Source: the human T2T-CHM13v2.0 reference genome, Homo sapiens. From it: DNA of 64,000 nt. Every line of letters starts with the position of its first letter. Position 1 is the first letter of the stretch. This document shows, in pieces, positions 50,451 to 64,000 of the stretch. The position numbers were made by a program, and so were the translations under genes. The DNA is taken from assembly GCF_009914755.1 (NCBI RefSeq), contig NC_060935.1. One strand, written 5' to 3'. Below the pieces are notes generated by a model. The model saw nothing but the letters and a program-made list of their open reading frames with translations, ran no database searches and was not told the DNA's origin.

Positions 50451-53400
50451 CATGGCCTAGAACTCAGCCGACCCAGGAGCCAACCCAGGAGACGGTGGGG
50501 GGAGGGGAGGCATGGGGCGCAGGGACTCTCTGTGACCGGGGATGGAGACCTGGAGATTGCCGGTGAGGAACCCTGGCAGGCGGTGGTGTGGCTGGCAGGG
50601 CGCTGAGGGTCAAGGCCTGGTGGCACTCCGCTTGCAGAAGTGCCTGTAGAAGCTGAGGCTGTCGCCAGTGTTATCCTGGGTCCACAGGCTCAGGAAGGAG
50701 AGGTTTTCCCAGCCCTCCTCTTAGGCTTGAGGTGGCCCTGGTGTATGTGTGTGCTGGAAAGTAGAGTCAGTTTTGCACCCCCACTGCCATCCTCTCCCTG
50801 CCGCTGGGCCTGCTGGCCCTTGGAGGAGTCATGCTGCGGTGGGAACAGCAGCGTCCCCGTTCTCGCTCAGTGTGTGTACCCCTGCAGGGGAGGGGAGGCG
50901 TCTTGGGGCTGTTTCCCTGTCTTTGTGTGTCTCTGGGCCTGGACTCTGTGCCATGCTCCCGGCCCCAGTGGGGGCTGTAATTCTGTCCCCTCCCCGTGCA
51001 ATGATGTGTCTCTCCACAGCCTCAAGTCTCTGAGCTGGCGGGCCTGGTTCTCAGCTGCGTGACCTGGCTGCGTTTTTTATTTCTGTGTGGGGCGGCTTGC
51101 CTTTATGGCGTCTCTGTGTGCGTGTCTGTCTTCACACTGTGCCCGTCAGGGTTTCAGTCTTTGGGTTGTGATGCCCCAGTCATCCCAGGAGTGGCCCCCT
51201 CTGTCTTCCTGCTGTATCCCCCAGTGCCCACCTCAGTGCCCGGTGTAGCGAAGGTCTGGGGATGGGGCTGGTGAGGGATGAGGGGTGCTGTGGGGAGGCT
51301 GGGTGTGAAGGGCTGTTCTGCCTGGAACAGGTGGGCCTGCTGTTCAGGCTGACAGCTGCGCTGTCTGCCTCCTGCCTCCCCTGTCCACCCCCGCAACCCC
51401 CGCACACTACACCCGTGGTGGGCACGTGTAGAGGGCTGCTCGCGCAGTGACAGGGAGCTGGCCTTGTTTTCTGTGTCTTTACCTGACAGCTGAGTGACAG
51501 GCCGCTGTGCTCTGCCGCAGGGAGGAGGCTGGGAGAGGCGGGCATTTGCAGCGTCAGCCTCCCCGTGTCACCCCAGCCTCCCGGCATCAGGCACAGCGCC
51601 AGCCCTGCCTCTCAGGAAGCCTCCCTGACCATGACCATTGTGGTGCCCGCTGGGCCTGATGGGCCGTTGTGTGGGCGGGGGAGTGTGGCTGAGGGGCCCA
51701 GGGCCGCGCCTGGCCTGGCCCTGCTGTCAGGGAGCTCCCCACGCCGTCTCACTGAGGGGGAGAAAGGGTGGACACTGGTGACCTGCTGCGTGTGGACAGA
51801 GCTGCTCTGCTCGCTGCCGCCTTTGCCTTCACGGTGATGGGAGGGCGGGGTTATTAGCTCCATTTCATGGAAGAGAATGTGGAAACAGGGCCATTAGGTG
51901 ACACCACAGTCACACAGCCAGTAAGGGCAGTGCTGGGGACCTGTGGCCCGTGGCTGCCCAGTCAGTCTGGGCGAGAACTCCAGGGGCTGGGGCCCTGAGA
52001 GTCATGAGGTGGCTGAAGAGACCCTGGTCCTTGCTTTGCCACTCACAGGCTGTGTGATCTTGGACAAGTCATGTCACCTCTCTGACATGACCCCTCACCT
52101 GTGCAGTGGAAATGGCAACACCTGTGTCACAGAGCTGAGTGTGAGGCTGAAGCAAGACCATGTCTGTGGGGTGCTGAGATGTCCCTGGCGTGGGGTAGGG
52201 CAGGATTAGGCATCTGGGCCTGTCCTCGGGAGGCCTTCCTGGCCCTCCACGCTCTCCCAAGTCTCCATCCTACAGTGAGCCTTGCTCGCACTGCCTCCTT
52301 CTGGAAGCTGCCCTGGTTTTTTAGAGGTCACAAGAGTACCGAGGATAGATGGTCTGCTTGTCTCCAGAGGCTCTGAGGCTCTGGTCTGCTGTTTCCGGAG
52401 GCCCTGAGGTACCTTCCCACCCGTCAGAGCCCAGGGCTGGCAATGGTGGGCTGGCAAGGATGGGGAGAGCCAGCCCCCCTTCCTCCCTGCCCCAAGGGGT
52501 GTCCTTCACACCCCCACCACTGAGTTCCTAGCATGGGAGCTCACTTTTCTGAGTGTGCTTCATTATAGGACACTGTGGGGACAGGCCTTGCCCCTGAGTC
52601 CCTGGTCAGAGGGCAAGGGATCTGAAGTGGGTGTGCCACAAGCAGAGGGGGAGCAGTGGCTGGGTCAGGCAGGACAGGCCTGGGCTCAGGTCCACTAAAA
52701 CATGAGCCCTGGGCATAGCAGTGACCAGGACAGCCCCACTGGTTGAGTTCCTACCCTGAAGGACTAGAGGTGGAGGCTGGAGGGATGCCACAGACATGGA
52801 CACCCTGGCATTGCCATCTGCACAGCACTTGCTCGAACCAGTAAGCCTTGATGGCAGGAACCCGAGATACGGTCCACAGATGCTCAGGCCAAGCCGAGAC
52901 CTGGGAGGGGAGGGGAGAGAGGAGAATAACCCAGAGATCTGGAGCCTAGAGGAGTTAGGGGCCTTGCCCAGGATCACTCTAGGGCTTTAGAGGGGTCAGG
53001 AGTGGAGTCTAGGGGTCTAGGGCTTGGAGTGGAGTCTCTGCCAGAGAAGGGAAGTTGTTGGGGCTGGTGCTATCTGGGAAGGCTTCCTGGAGGTGGGGAT
53101 TTTGAGGGGAGAGGTGTAGGGACTGGTGGAGAGGAGCAGCAGGTAAGTTCAGTCCCAGGGGCTGAACACAAGGCATCCCAGACAGGGATGAGCACCCTGT
53201 GCCTGGGGGTGTGGGTGCAGAGGCTGTGTGACCCCTTGGGGACTCAGTAATTCAGGTCATCAGATCCATAGGTTGGAGGCATCGGTGTCTGGGTTTCCTT
53301 TTTCCCCTCCCTAACATGAAGAGAATAATAACATATACCTCACAGGGTGGCCAGGATTATTGAATAATATGTCATGCTTAGAACAGTGCCTGGCGCATAG

Positions 53401-54019
53401 GAGGGCATAGTTAATGTTTTTAAATGACAGAATTGGGATCCAGCCTTGTCTGAGACTGGCTGAACCCTGATACTGCCCAGCTGTGTGACCTTCAGCACTG
53501 ACTTCCCCTCTCTGGTCCACAGTGTCTTCCTCTGTAGCAGGGTGATGGTGTCTACTCTTAGGGATGGTGGGCAGCCCAGCCAGGTGGGCATGTCCCCATA
53601 GCACTGAGCCTGAAGTTGGGGTCTTCAGAGATGGCAGCTGGAGTGGGTGCTGGCCTGGAGGCATTGTTCTTTGCAAATGTGAAAGGTTATTGATTTTTTT
53701 AAAGACCCTTTTTCAATAGCCTGGCAGAGGAGCCAAGAAGTGGGTGGATGGGGCAGGGGCAGAGGAGTGAGTGCCTAACTGTGCAAGGCCACGTGTTTGA
53801 GGTGTAAGTCGGGGGCAGGGGGAGCAGCTGAGCAAAGACCTGGCAGAGTGGAGGGCCTGGGGGCCTCGGGGGAACAGCCCGGAGCCCTGGGCGGCAGGAG
53901 GGAAGGGCCAGGAGGGCAGGGAGAGGGTGTGGGCGGGTTCTCTGGGCACCATGTGGCTACAGGTGATGGGGTCTGGGGGGAAAAAGACCCCTGTTCACCC
54001 TCTGCTCCTGTCCCCACAG

Positions 54020-54097
54020 GACATGCGGAAGCACGTGGCCATGACCCTGCTGGACACAGAGCAGTCGTATGTGGAGTCGCTGCGCACCCTGATGCAG
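54020..54097 (+). CDS. ARHGEF17: ARHGEF17 exon 2, DH domain start (DMRKHVAMTLLDTEQSYVESLRTLMQ)
   Basis: ctcctgtccccacAG|…CAG|gtgggg; DH CR1 motif TExxYV. Confidence 0.96.
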
Positions 54098-55570
54098 GTG
54101 GGGCTCGGGGCCCACTCCCCTGAGAATGGCCTTTCTGAGCCTAGGAGGCTGTCAGATGGGTGTGAGCAAACCCCTTTCATGGACAAGGGACTGAGGCCAG
54201 AGAGCCGTGTCCCTGGCATCCGTCGCCTTTCCATGAAGAACCCCCAGCATGGCCATTCCAGAGAAGGAGGAAGGCTTCTCCCGGGCAAGAGAGAATGCAG
54301 AGGGGCCAGGCCACCCCAGGGCAGGCGTCCCTACCCTGCTGTTCTTCCACGTCCCCCTGGCAACCCTGACCCTGAACTTAGATCCGTGAACTCCCTCTGA
54401 TGTGCCGCCTCCATTGTATTCACTGACTGGGAAGTATGAGTTGAATAGAGTTCAGTATTGAGCACCTGCTGTGTGCAGGCCCTGTTCCAGGTGCAGGAGA
54501 CACAGGAATGAATAAGAGAGCCCAGCCCCTGCCACAGGAGCTCACCGCCCTGCTGAGTACGTAGTGGAGTATACGGGCACTCTAGAAACATCGAGGGGCA
54601 CCTGCTAAGCGTGGGGTCAGGGAGGTTTCCTGGAGGAGGTGCTCACTTCCACCATGACCTGTCTTCTCAACAGCAGGAATAGCACATTGCAAAGCCAAGT
54701 GAGGCCTGGCACATTCGGAGGTCTACGTGGCCAGCACAGAGCACAACGCGCTGGTCCCATAGCTATGCTGTCGGAGTCGGCAGAGGCCACGCTGTGGGGG
54801 CCTAGAACACCAGTTGGAGGCAGTAGATTCTGCCAGGGTCCGTGGATGATCAGCGAAGGGCTTTGAGCAGGGGAGGTGTGTGGCCTGATTCATGCTTCAT
54901 GAAGTCTGTCTGACAGCTGGGAAGGTGGGTGGCAGAAGAGGAGGTCAAGGCCATTGAGATCCGGCAAGGATAGAGGTTACAGGAAGGGAGTGCTGGGGAC
55001 AGACACTCAGGAAGTGGACTGGTCAGGCCAGGCGTGGTAACTGGTTGGTTGTGGGGGGCAAGGTGGGGAAGCCCAAGATGATGTCTGGGCTCCTGGCCTC
55101 GGATAGGTGGGGCCCAGGGGAGAAGCACAACTGGAGCAAGGTGGTGAGTTCAGGCTCAGACATGAACCTGGGAAGGCCCACAGCCTGGATGCACACATGG
55201 CCTGGGGCTGGATGAGTGTGGACCTGAGCTGAAGTGGGGCCTGGCAGTCACCATTGAGGATGAATTTGCCCAAGCTAGCTGGGCAGAGTGACAGCAAAGG
55301 GTAAAGGTAGAACCTTCACCCTATGGAAACATCCAGAGCATTCACTCACTCACCATTCATTCATTCATTCACTCACTCCACAAATCCACGGTGAGCCCCT
55401 TCTGCGCTCCAGGTAGTGTTCTCTGTGCAGGGGCATTAGTGGTAAGGGCCTGTCTCCTGGAGCTCACGGTCTATGGCAGAGACTGACAGTGACCAGCCAG
55501 ACATCAACACACAGTGGCATGTGGTGATGCAGAAGTGCACACACAGAGAACCTACACACAACAGGGATAC

Positions 55571-55930
55571 GCCTTAAAAGGAGGGAAATTCTGACATCCT
55601 ACAACATGGATGAGCCTGGAGGACATGATGCCAAGTGAAAGAAGCCAGTCTCAAAGGACAAGCACTGTCTGATTCCACTTGCATGAGGTTCCTGGGGTAG
55701 TCAGACTCAGAGATGGAAGGTAGGATGGTGGGTGCCAGGGAAAGGGTGCCAGGCTGGGAAAGGAGGGAATGGGGAGTTACTATTTAATGGGTGTACAGGG
55801 TTGCAGTTTTACAGGATAAAAAGAGTTTTAGAGCTGGATGGTCACACATTATGAATGTATTTAATACCATTGAACTGTACATTTAAAATGGTAAATTTTA
55901 TATTATATGTATTTTACCATAAAATACAAT
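55571..55930 (+). mobile_element. L1MB-type 3' end fragment
   Basis: ggaaattctgacatcctacaacatggatgagcctggaggacat…gaactgtacatttaaaatggt. Confidence 0.8.
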
Positions 55931-56470
55931 GCGTTTGTTTATTGTTTTTAAAAAGTGCATGGGGAGATGAGAACACAGAAGGGGGCCTACCCTGGTGTCG
56001 GGGTCAGGGAGGGCTTCCCTGGGGTTGGGGTATTTAGCTGAGACCTGAAGGGTGAGTAGATTTCAGCAGAAAGAGCCCGGAGGGATGGCTCCCAGCAGAG
56101 GGTATGTCAGGGACAAAGGCCAGGAGGCTGGAAGGAACCTAGAGCAGCAGGGAACCAGAGGTGGCCAGGTGGCTGCAGGAAGGAAGGCTGCTGGGCATGG
56201 AGCTGGGCTTTCCTGTGCACGCAAGGAAGCCATGGGAGGATGCAGCCAGAATGCCAGGCAGGAGGAGTAGACATGGCAGGGGCCTGAGGGGGTCCTTTGC
56301 CATCCCCTAGATGAGAGTTGGAGGCATTAGGGTCAGACAGTCCAGGGTTGAAGTCACGTGCGTCCTCACTGGGTGATACTAGCCTAATCACCTCACCTTC
56401 TCTGAGCCTCAAGTTTGCCTGCAAAATGTAGCTAATCTACCTATCTCCCATCAAGAAGACTTAAAGGTGA

Positions 56471-56806
<336 letters not shown>

Positions 56807-58626
56807 TCACAGGCAGGAGTCAGGAGCAGTGGAGAGCTGGGAGCAGGCAGGGCTTGGGCATGTCTTTCTACCTCCGCCAAATCTCCCAGACCCGTCCAGG
56901 GCTGCACTTGGGAGAGGGTGCAGGACCTGTGGGTGGAGGAAGCCAGAATGTTGGGTGAGCAAGGTGGAGGTGGACAGGAGGGTGTCACGTGAACCCAAAG
57001 ACCGTCCCTGGAGGCAGCCCTGGAGTGTGGGAGGAGGACTGAGGTCTGGCTCCAGGTCAGGAGTATGACTCTGGAGCCAAGCCACCAGCATTCAAACTTG
57101 GCTCCATCTCCTGGCCAGCTGCATGACCCGGAGCATGTCACATAACCAGTCTCTGCCTCAGTTTCCTCATCTGTAGAGAGGGGATAATAATAGACCTGCC
57201 TTGAGTGCAGTTAATTAGAGACACATGTTTATAATTTAGCATACTGCCTGCAGCTCTGCAAGCATGGTAAAAAGTTGCATTTAATCTTTGTATTAACCTT
57301 GTGAGGTAGATATTATATTCTTTATACAAAGAAACGAAGACTCACAGAGGTTAAGAAACTTGCCCAGGGTCATCCATCTAGTGAGTGGTATTAGTTGACA
57401 TTCACTGAGTGCCCACTATGTGCCAGGCACTGTTCTGAATGCTTTAGAACAGTGAGTAAATTCATATAAGCCTGACTATAAACCCCATTTTGCAGATGAT
57501 GCAGCTGAGACACAGAGAAGTAAAGCTGCTTGTCCAAGGTCACAGAGTTAGGAAGTGCCACACCCTGGGTTGAAACCCTGTCATTGTGACTCTGGGTTCT
57601 CCCTGTCACCCACTAGTCTACACTGCCTAGAGCACAGTGGTATTCAAATTGAGATTGGACTCCATAGTCCCAGTGTTAACTTCGAACCATCACTGCCCTC
57701 ACTAATTGATAAGTGTTGTTCCTGCAGGCCAGGTGTTCAAAATGAACAAAGAAGTTAAATAGAAGTTAGGAGCCAGAAGGAGGGAGGATTTGAAACTAGG
57801 TCCTAGGGCTACATCCCTTCCTCAGTGTCACCCTCACCCTCTGAGCCTATTTTCAACTCTGACACTCGAAGCTAACAAACGCCCCTTCCCCTGACCACCC
57901 TGACGAGTCCCCCTCCCCTTGGCACCCTGATCCCACTTCTCTTTTCCGTAGCACTCACTGTCTTCCACCATGCTGTATAGTAATTTACGCATTTATCGTG
58001 CTTCTTTCCTGCCTCCCACCACTCATGTGTCAGCCCCACAGGGGGTCTGTGCAGTGAGATGCCCCAGTGCTGGGCAGGCTGAGCATTGGTGAGTGAATGG
58101 GGCATTGGCTTGTGCCAGGTTCCGTATTGGGCTCTCAGTCATTGTTTGTTCTTTCCTCCTGCTGTGTGCCCGCTTCTGTGTGGGGTGCCGGGACCCTGAG
58201 GTGAGCGGTTTAGCTGCTGCTCCTGCTCCTTGTGGAGCAGCGGGCCCTGACCCAGCCCAGGAGCTGGCTCACCTGTGGGCAGGAGACTGCCTGCCTATCT
58301 CCTCACCATCATCCCGGCCTTTTCAGAATCCCCAGCCAAGAGAGAGGATTCTGTTGAGCTTTACTTTCTCAAGCTTGTTTTACAAAACAAGCCAGATTTT
58401 TAAAAATGTTTAATATAAATGTTATTGCAACATCACATATGCTTTTTCAAACAACACCCTCCTGTTTTTTTTAGCCTGCAGTTACAGCGTAGGGCCAGTA
58501 GAGGGCGACCTCTCCACAAGCGCACCGGCCCCTGAGCTGGGCTATTAAAGCTAGGGGAACATCTTTGCACGTAGATTTGACGTAAAATAACGGGAGTTTT
58601 AGTCACAGACTGGCCAGCAGGTCTGA

Positions 58627-59019
<393 letters not shown>

Positions 59020-59051
59020 GCATTATCGCCTTTTAACTGACTACGAGATTT

Positions 59052-59548
<497 letters not shown>

Positions 59549-59966
59549 CTATCAGGACAGGGATTGTGGTCTTTCTTATACATTGCTGTCTCCCAATTCT
59601 TAGAACAGTGCCTGGTACGTAGTAAGTGCTCAGTAAATCTTTGCTGAGTTAGTGGTGGGAGGTCTTTCAAGGAGCCCCATCTTGCTTTCCTCATTCCAAG
59701 CTCTGTTTGTTCATACATTAAACAAACCTCTTCCTGAGCGTCCTTGCTCCCATCTTGTGCCAGGCCCTGGGCTCAGCGATGAGGGCATGAGCTTAGATCT
59801 TCCCATCTCCCTCCTGGAGCTCTTGGTCTCATGAGGGAGATGTGGAAGGCAGGGCGCTGAGCTGCAGGCCCGGGTGATTCTGTGTGCACTCACACAGGGG
59901 CCCTGTGTAGGTGTGGTGGGGGCGGCATCTCTGAGGGAGTGTGCACCGACCCTGTGGGTCCTTCAG

Positions 59967-60149
59967 GGCTACATGCAGCCGCTGAAGCAGCCAGAGAACT
60001 CCGTGCTCTGTGACCCTTCACTGGTGGACGAGATCTTCGACCAGATCCCCGAGCTCCTGGAGCACCACGAGCAATTCCTGGAGCAGGTTCGGCACTGCAT
60101 GCAGACCTGGCATGCCCAGCAGAAGGTGGGAGCCCTGCTCGTCCAGTCG
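59967..60149 (+). CDS. ARHGEF17: ARHGEF17 exon 3 (GYMQPLKQ…GALLVQS, 61 codons), DH domain
   Basis: gtccttcAG| … TCG|gtgagt; phase 0/0. Confidence 0.96.
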
Positions 60150-61570
60150 GTGAGTGGCCCCGCTGCTGCCAATTCCCACAAGCACAGGCCCTCCTGGAAG
60201 GGGCTGGATGTGGCCACGGACCCCACCCCCACCCATCCCACCTGGATACTGACTCTGTTTCCAGATCTGACCATAGAACTTGGCTAGACATTGGTACTTA
60301 CCCCAGCCCCTGGGTGGACCTGAACTTGGACACTCCCCTACCCCAAAGCTTGGCCAGACTCTGGCACGGACTCCGACCCCAGCCAGACACTGACTCTGAT
60401 CCTGGACCCTACCCCGCTCCTGGCTGGCACTGACGTGACTCTAGTCCTGACCCCAAGCTGGTGCGGACGCTGACCCAGACCTCAGATGGATGCTGGTACT
60501 GACCTCCACCCTATCTTTACTGGAACCAAAATAACTGCCCTGGTCCTGACCCTGGACTTGGGCTGGATGTTGATGCTGGCTGAGTCTTGACTTTTTCTCC
60601 ATCAGATATTTTCATCATAATAGCATACCTGTTTGCTAGGCATTGTTCTAAATGTGTTGTATCTATCAACAGCCCTGGTAGGAGAGTGCGTTGGTTACCC
60701 TGATTCTAAAGATAGTGACTGAGACATGGAGAGATTGGTAACCTGATGAAAGTTACAGTTAGGAAGTGGTGGAGGACTCAACTCCAGAAAGCCTGGTTCC
60801 AGTGCCCCGGCTTCCCCTACCCCATACTGCCTCTCACCACAGGCCAGATCTCCACTGTACACTTGTCAAGCTCCCACAATAGCGAGTGAGATCTTAGAAA
60901 AGGTATTGACTTCAGAATTCAAAAAGAACATCGAAAGCAAAACCAATAAGCATTTAATTAAATGCCTGTAAAACATAGCATGCCATTTTCATTCATTGTT
61001 AAATTTAGTATTTATAAGAATTTAATTACATTTGAAAAACTTCCAGTTCCATTTTATTTTGCCAGAATTCCCAAGAATACACCATGATGACTGATAAATC
61101 ATAGCCAAATGCAAACTAAATGGTTTCTCAGAGCCACATAATTTCAAAAGCAAAATTGTAAAAATTCTTGCAAAAATTTTACAAGTGAAAAATTATATCT
61201 ATTTCTGTGGGATGTATGTTTCAATATATTTGCTATGCTGTGGGGTGGGGCCTTGAACCATCTTAGAATGTCCTTGCTGACCCAGAAACTGATGGGACCA
61301 GACAGGGGTGATGGGGTTCCAGCTTGGATTGAGTGCTGATGTCTCCAGCCCATCATCACTCTCAGTGTCAGTAAGCTCAGCCCCCTGCCTGGACCTTGAT
61401 GCTGACCATGGACTACGGCGAAGCCCTGGACCCGGAGGGGTCAGCACAGGATGCTGTGTCCCAGGGTGGGGGTGGTTGGTGAGGGTTGTCTTCCTCCCTT
61501 TGCTTCTTCACACCCTGCCCTGTTCTGTCCAGAGGCAGGGGCACTTGGCACCTTAGAGGGACAGGACTCT

Positions 61571-61868
<298 letters not shown>

Positions 61869-62669
61869 GACAGGACTCTGAGGGGTACAGAAATATCACT
61901 AATGTGGTCACGTAGCTTATCCACAGTACAGTTGAGACAGGAACCCAGGTTTCCTGGTTCCCAGACAAGGCTTCTTACCAATAACCTCCATATTTAGTCC
62001 GCCATCAGCATCAAGCAGGTATTAGCCACCAGCTGTATGTCCTGCCCTGAGCTGGGCTTTACTGTGGGTGGGATGGGAGCACTTTTCATGGAGAGGGAGA
62101 ACTTGTCCTAGGAGATCAGGAGAAGCCAGAGGCCAGGTGGCGTACCAGGCAGAGCTCTAGTCAGGGAAAGGAGTACTTCCGAGAGGAGGCAGAACTGGAG
62201 CACAGCCCTGAGGCGGGGCGAGATTTGGATGAGGAAGGGCATTCCTGGTGGGGGGATCTGCATAAGCAAAGGCCAAATGGCTAGAATGAGTCTGTGTCAC
62301 TCAGAGAATGGGGAAAGGGAGACCTGCCTGGCTGGACTTCGTGAGGGTGGAGGTCTAGGGATGGAAATGCCCAGTTGGAAGTGAGAGAACCAGGTCTGAG
62401 CTCACAGGATACATTCAGGTCTACATATGTGCATACATGAACAGTCACACCCAGATAATATGAGCACTCGTATATCCATGTGTACACATGCACATACGCC
62501 TAAACACGACCACACTTAGAGCCACAGGACATGTGCCTGATCCCTTAGAGATTGTATCATTTCTAGTTGGAGGGAAAAGATGGTGACTCATGAATCAGTG
62601 AAAACTAGGACAGGGTGAGGTGGGGTGAGGGACACCTTGAGGGTCCCCAACCTGCCTCCTCCTCCACAG

Positions 62670-62786
62670 TTCTCCAAGGATGTCCTAGTAAACATCTATT
62701 CTGCCTATATCGATAACTTCCTCAATGCAAAGGATGCTGTGCGTGTGGCCAAGGAGGCGAGGCCTGCCTTTCTCAAGTTCCTAGAG
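62670..62786 (+). CDS. ARHGEF17: ARHGEF17 exon 4 (FSKDVLVNIYSAYIDNF…FLKFLE, 39 codons)
   Basis: cctcctcctccacAG| … GAG|gtactg; phase 0/0. Confidence 0.96.
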
Positions 62787-62997
62787 GTACTGTGGGCTAG
62801 GGCAGGGGGATGGAGGTGACCCTCACCTTGGGCCAGCTTTGAGGGCCCCAGGAGCTCCCAGCGTGGGTACCATAGTCCCAGCCAGTGGGCCAGCCTCCGC
62901 TCTCAGGCTGAGCTGGAGAGGCTTGCTGGGGACCTGTCCCTGGACATAGTCTTCCTGGCATGTCATTCCTCACATGATGCCCATCCATGGGTTTCAG

Positions 62998-63090
62998 CAA
63001 AGCATGCGTGAGAACAAGGAGAAGCAGGCGCTGTCTGACCTCATGATCAAGCCTGTGCAGCGGATCCCACGCTACGAGCTTCTGGTGAAG
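62998..63090 (+). CDS. ARHGEF17: ARHGEF17 exon 5 (QSMRENK…IKPVQRIPRYELLVK, 31 codons), DH CR3
   Basis: tttcAG| … AAG|gtgggc; hallmark KPVQRIPRY motif. Confidence 0.96.
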
Positions 63091-63311
63091 GTGGGCATGG
63101 ACCTGGGTGGGCAAGTGGGCAAGGCCTGGAAGCATGGGGGGATACAAGGAGGTCTAAGGCCCCTGCCTCGTTGAGCCTGACATCAGGGTCCCTAGGGGAC
63201 AGGTAGGAAAGATAGTCCTCTTTGGTGTCTACCCATAGTCCCTCCTGCTCCAGCAGTCTGGGGCCCCAGGGGTAGCTAAGCAGTCAGGTCTGCTCCCCAT
63301 TCCCACCCCAG

Positions 63312-63488
63312 GACCTCCTGAAGCATACACCTGAGGACCACCCGGACCATCCACTCCTGCTGGAGGCGCAGCGGAACATCAAGCAGGTGGCTGAGCGCAT
63401 CAACAAGGGTGTGCGGAGTGCCGAGGAGGCGGAGCGCCATGCCCGTGTGCTGCAGGAGATAGAGGCTCACATCGAGGGCATGGAGGAT
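63312..63488 (+). CDS. ARHGEF17: ARHGEF17 exon 6 (DLLKHTPEDHPD…HIEGMED, 59 codons), end of DH
   Basis: ttcccaccccAG| … GAT|gtgcgt; LLKHTP-x-x-HPD motif. Confidence 0.95.
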
Positions 63489-63845
63489 GTGCGTGCGCCC
63501 TGCCCCACCCCACCCTACCCCACCCCACCCACATCTGTGTCCACTCGGCCTCTGTGTGCATCTGTGGCCACCTGGAATCGTGGCTGTGTCCATGTCCGGA
63601 ACCACAGTGTGTTTGCATCCATGTCTGCCAGCCTCTGTGGCCACACGTCTCCACCTGTCTGTTCTTCCACGTCTGTCTCTGACCTTGGGTCCTGTGGCCT
63701 GGCAGCACAAGGGCATTGAGGGTGGGAAGCATGCTGCTTCCATTGGCCTAGCCCATGGAGTGGGGCCGAGGGATCACTGGGATTTTTGGAGGGGATAGGG
63801 ATTAATAACTGGCCTTCGAGATGCCTTGTCCCTCCTGTCCCACAG

Positions 63846-63896
63846 CTCCAGGCCCCTCTGCGGCGGTTCCTGAGACAGGAGATGGTCATTGAAGTG
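63846..63896 (+). CDS. ARHGEF17: ARHGEF17 exon 7 (LQAPLRRFLRQEMVIEV, 17 codons), start of PH domain
   Basis: cctcctgtcccacAG| … GTG|gtaaga; phase 0/0. Confidence 0.92.
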
Positions 63897-64000
63897 GTAA
63901 GAAGTGTCCCAGTATCTGTCCGGCTGTCCCCACCTCCTCACTTTGTCCTCTCTTCTGCTCACACCCTCTACCTGCAGGTCTCCCTGCTCTTTCACCCCGA

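Noticed and set aside
50415-50606. Continuation of the 50280 ORF to 108 aa as a stand-alone gene
   Set aside because: Coding-like character ends at the GT donor (50415); the rest is G-run-rich intron
49643-50626. 327-aa minus-strand ORF across the intronic CpG island
   Set aside because: Pro/Ala/Arg-rich CpG-island shadow with a non-ATG start; the coding signal is on the + strand
51631-51648. ACCATG ACC ATT GTG gtgccc as a third micro first exon (MTIV)
   Set aside because: In phase with exon 2, but both possible donors are poor matches to consensus

Overview
GC-rich human/primate genomic DNA, recognisable from the encoded proteins as the P2RY6-ARHGEF17 locus (human 11q13). On the + strand it holds the 3' end of P2RY6: a 5'UTR exon at 2890-2975 and a single coding exon with CDS 3680-4666 (328-aa UDP receptor). 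After an Alu-rich intergenic stretch comes the ARHGEF17 (TEM4/p164-RhoGEF) CpG-island promoter, a 3.2-kb first coding exon (15802-18993), a 35-kb first intron and coding exons 2-7 (DH domain and start of PH); the gene continues past the window. The rest is about 20 Alus, MIR/L2/L1 relics, MLT1 LTRs, a MER47A element and short tandem repeats. Almost all other ORFs in the track are Alu-derived or GC-rich shadows. The best lead is a second CpG island in intron 1 (about 49.8-50.45 kb) holding a 45-codon ATG-initiated exon (50280-50414) with an in-frame donor to exon 2. It would give a short ARHGEF17 that replaces the 1064-aa N-terminus, and it also has an in-frame upstream acceptor, so it may be a hybrid first/cassette exon. 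Other leads are uORFs in both genes, LATS/14-3-3 motifs in exon 1, MEF2/TEAD and CArG/AP-1 intronic modules, and a near-abutting inverted Alu pair. All calls were made by eye; novelty relative to databases could not be checked, and no wholly new gene system was found.
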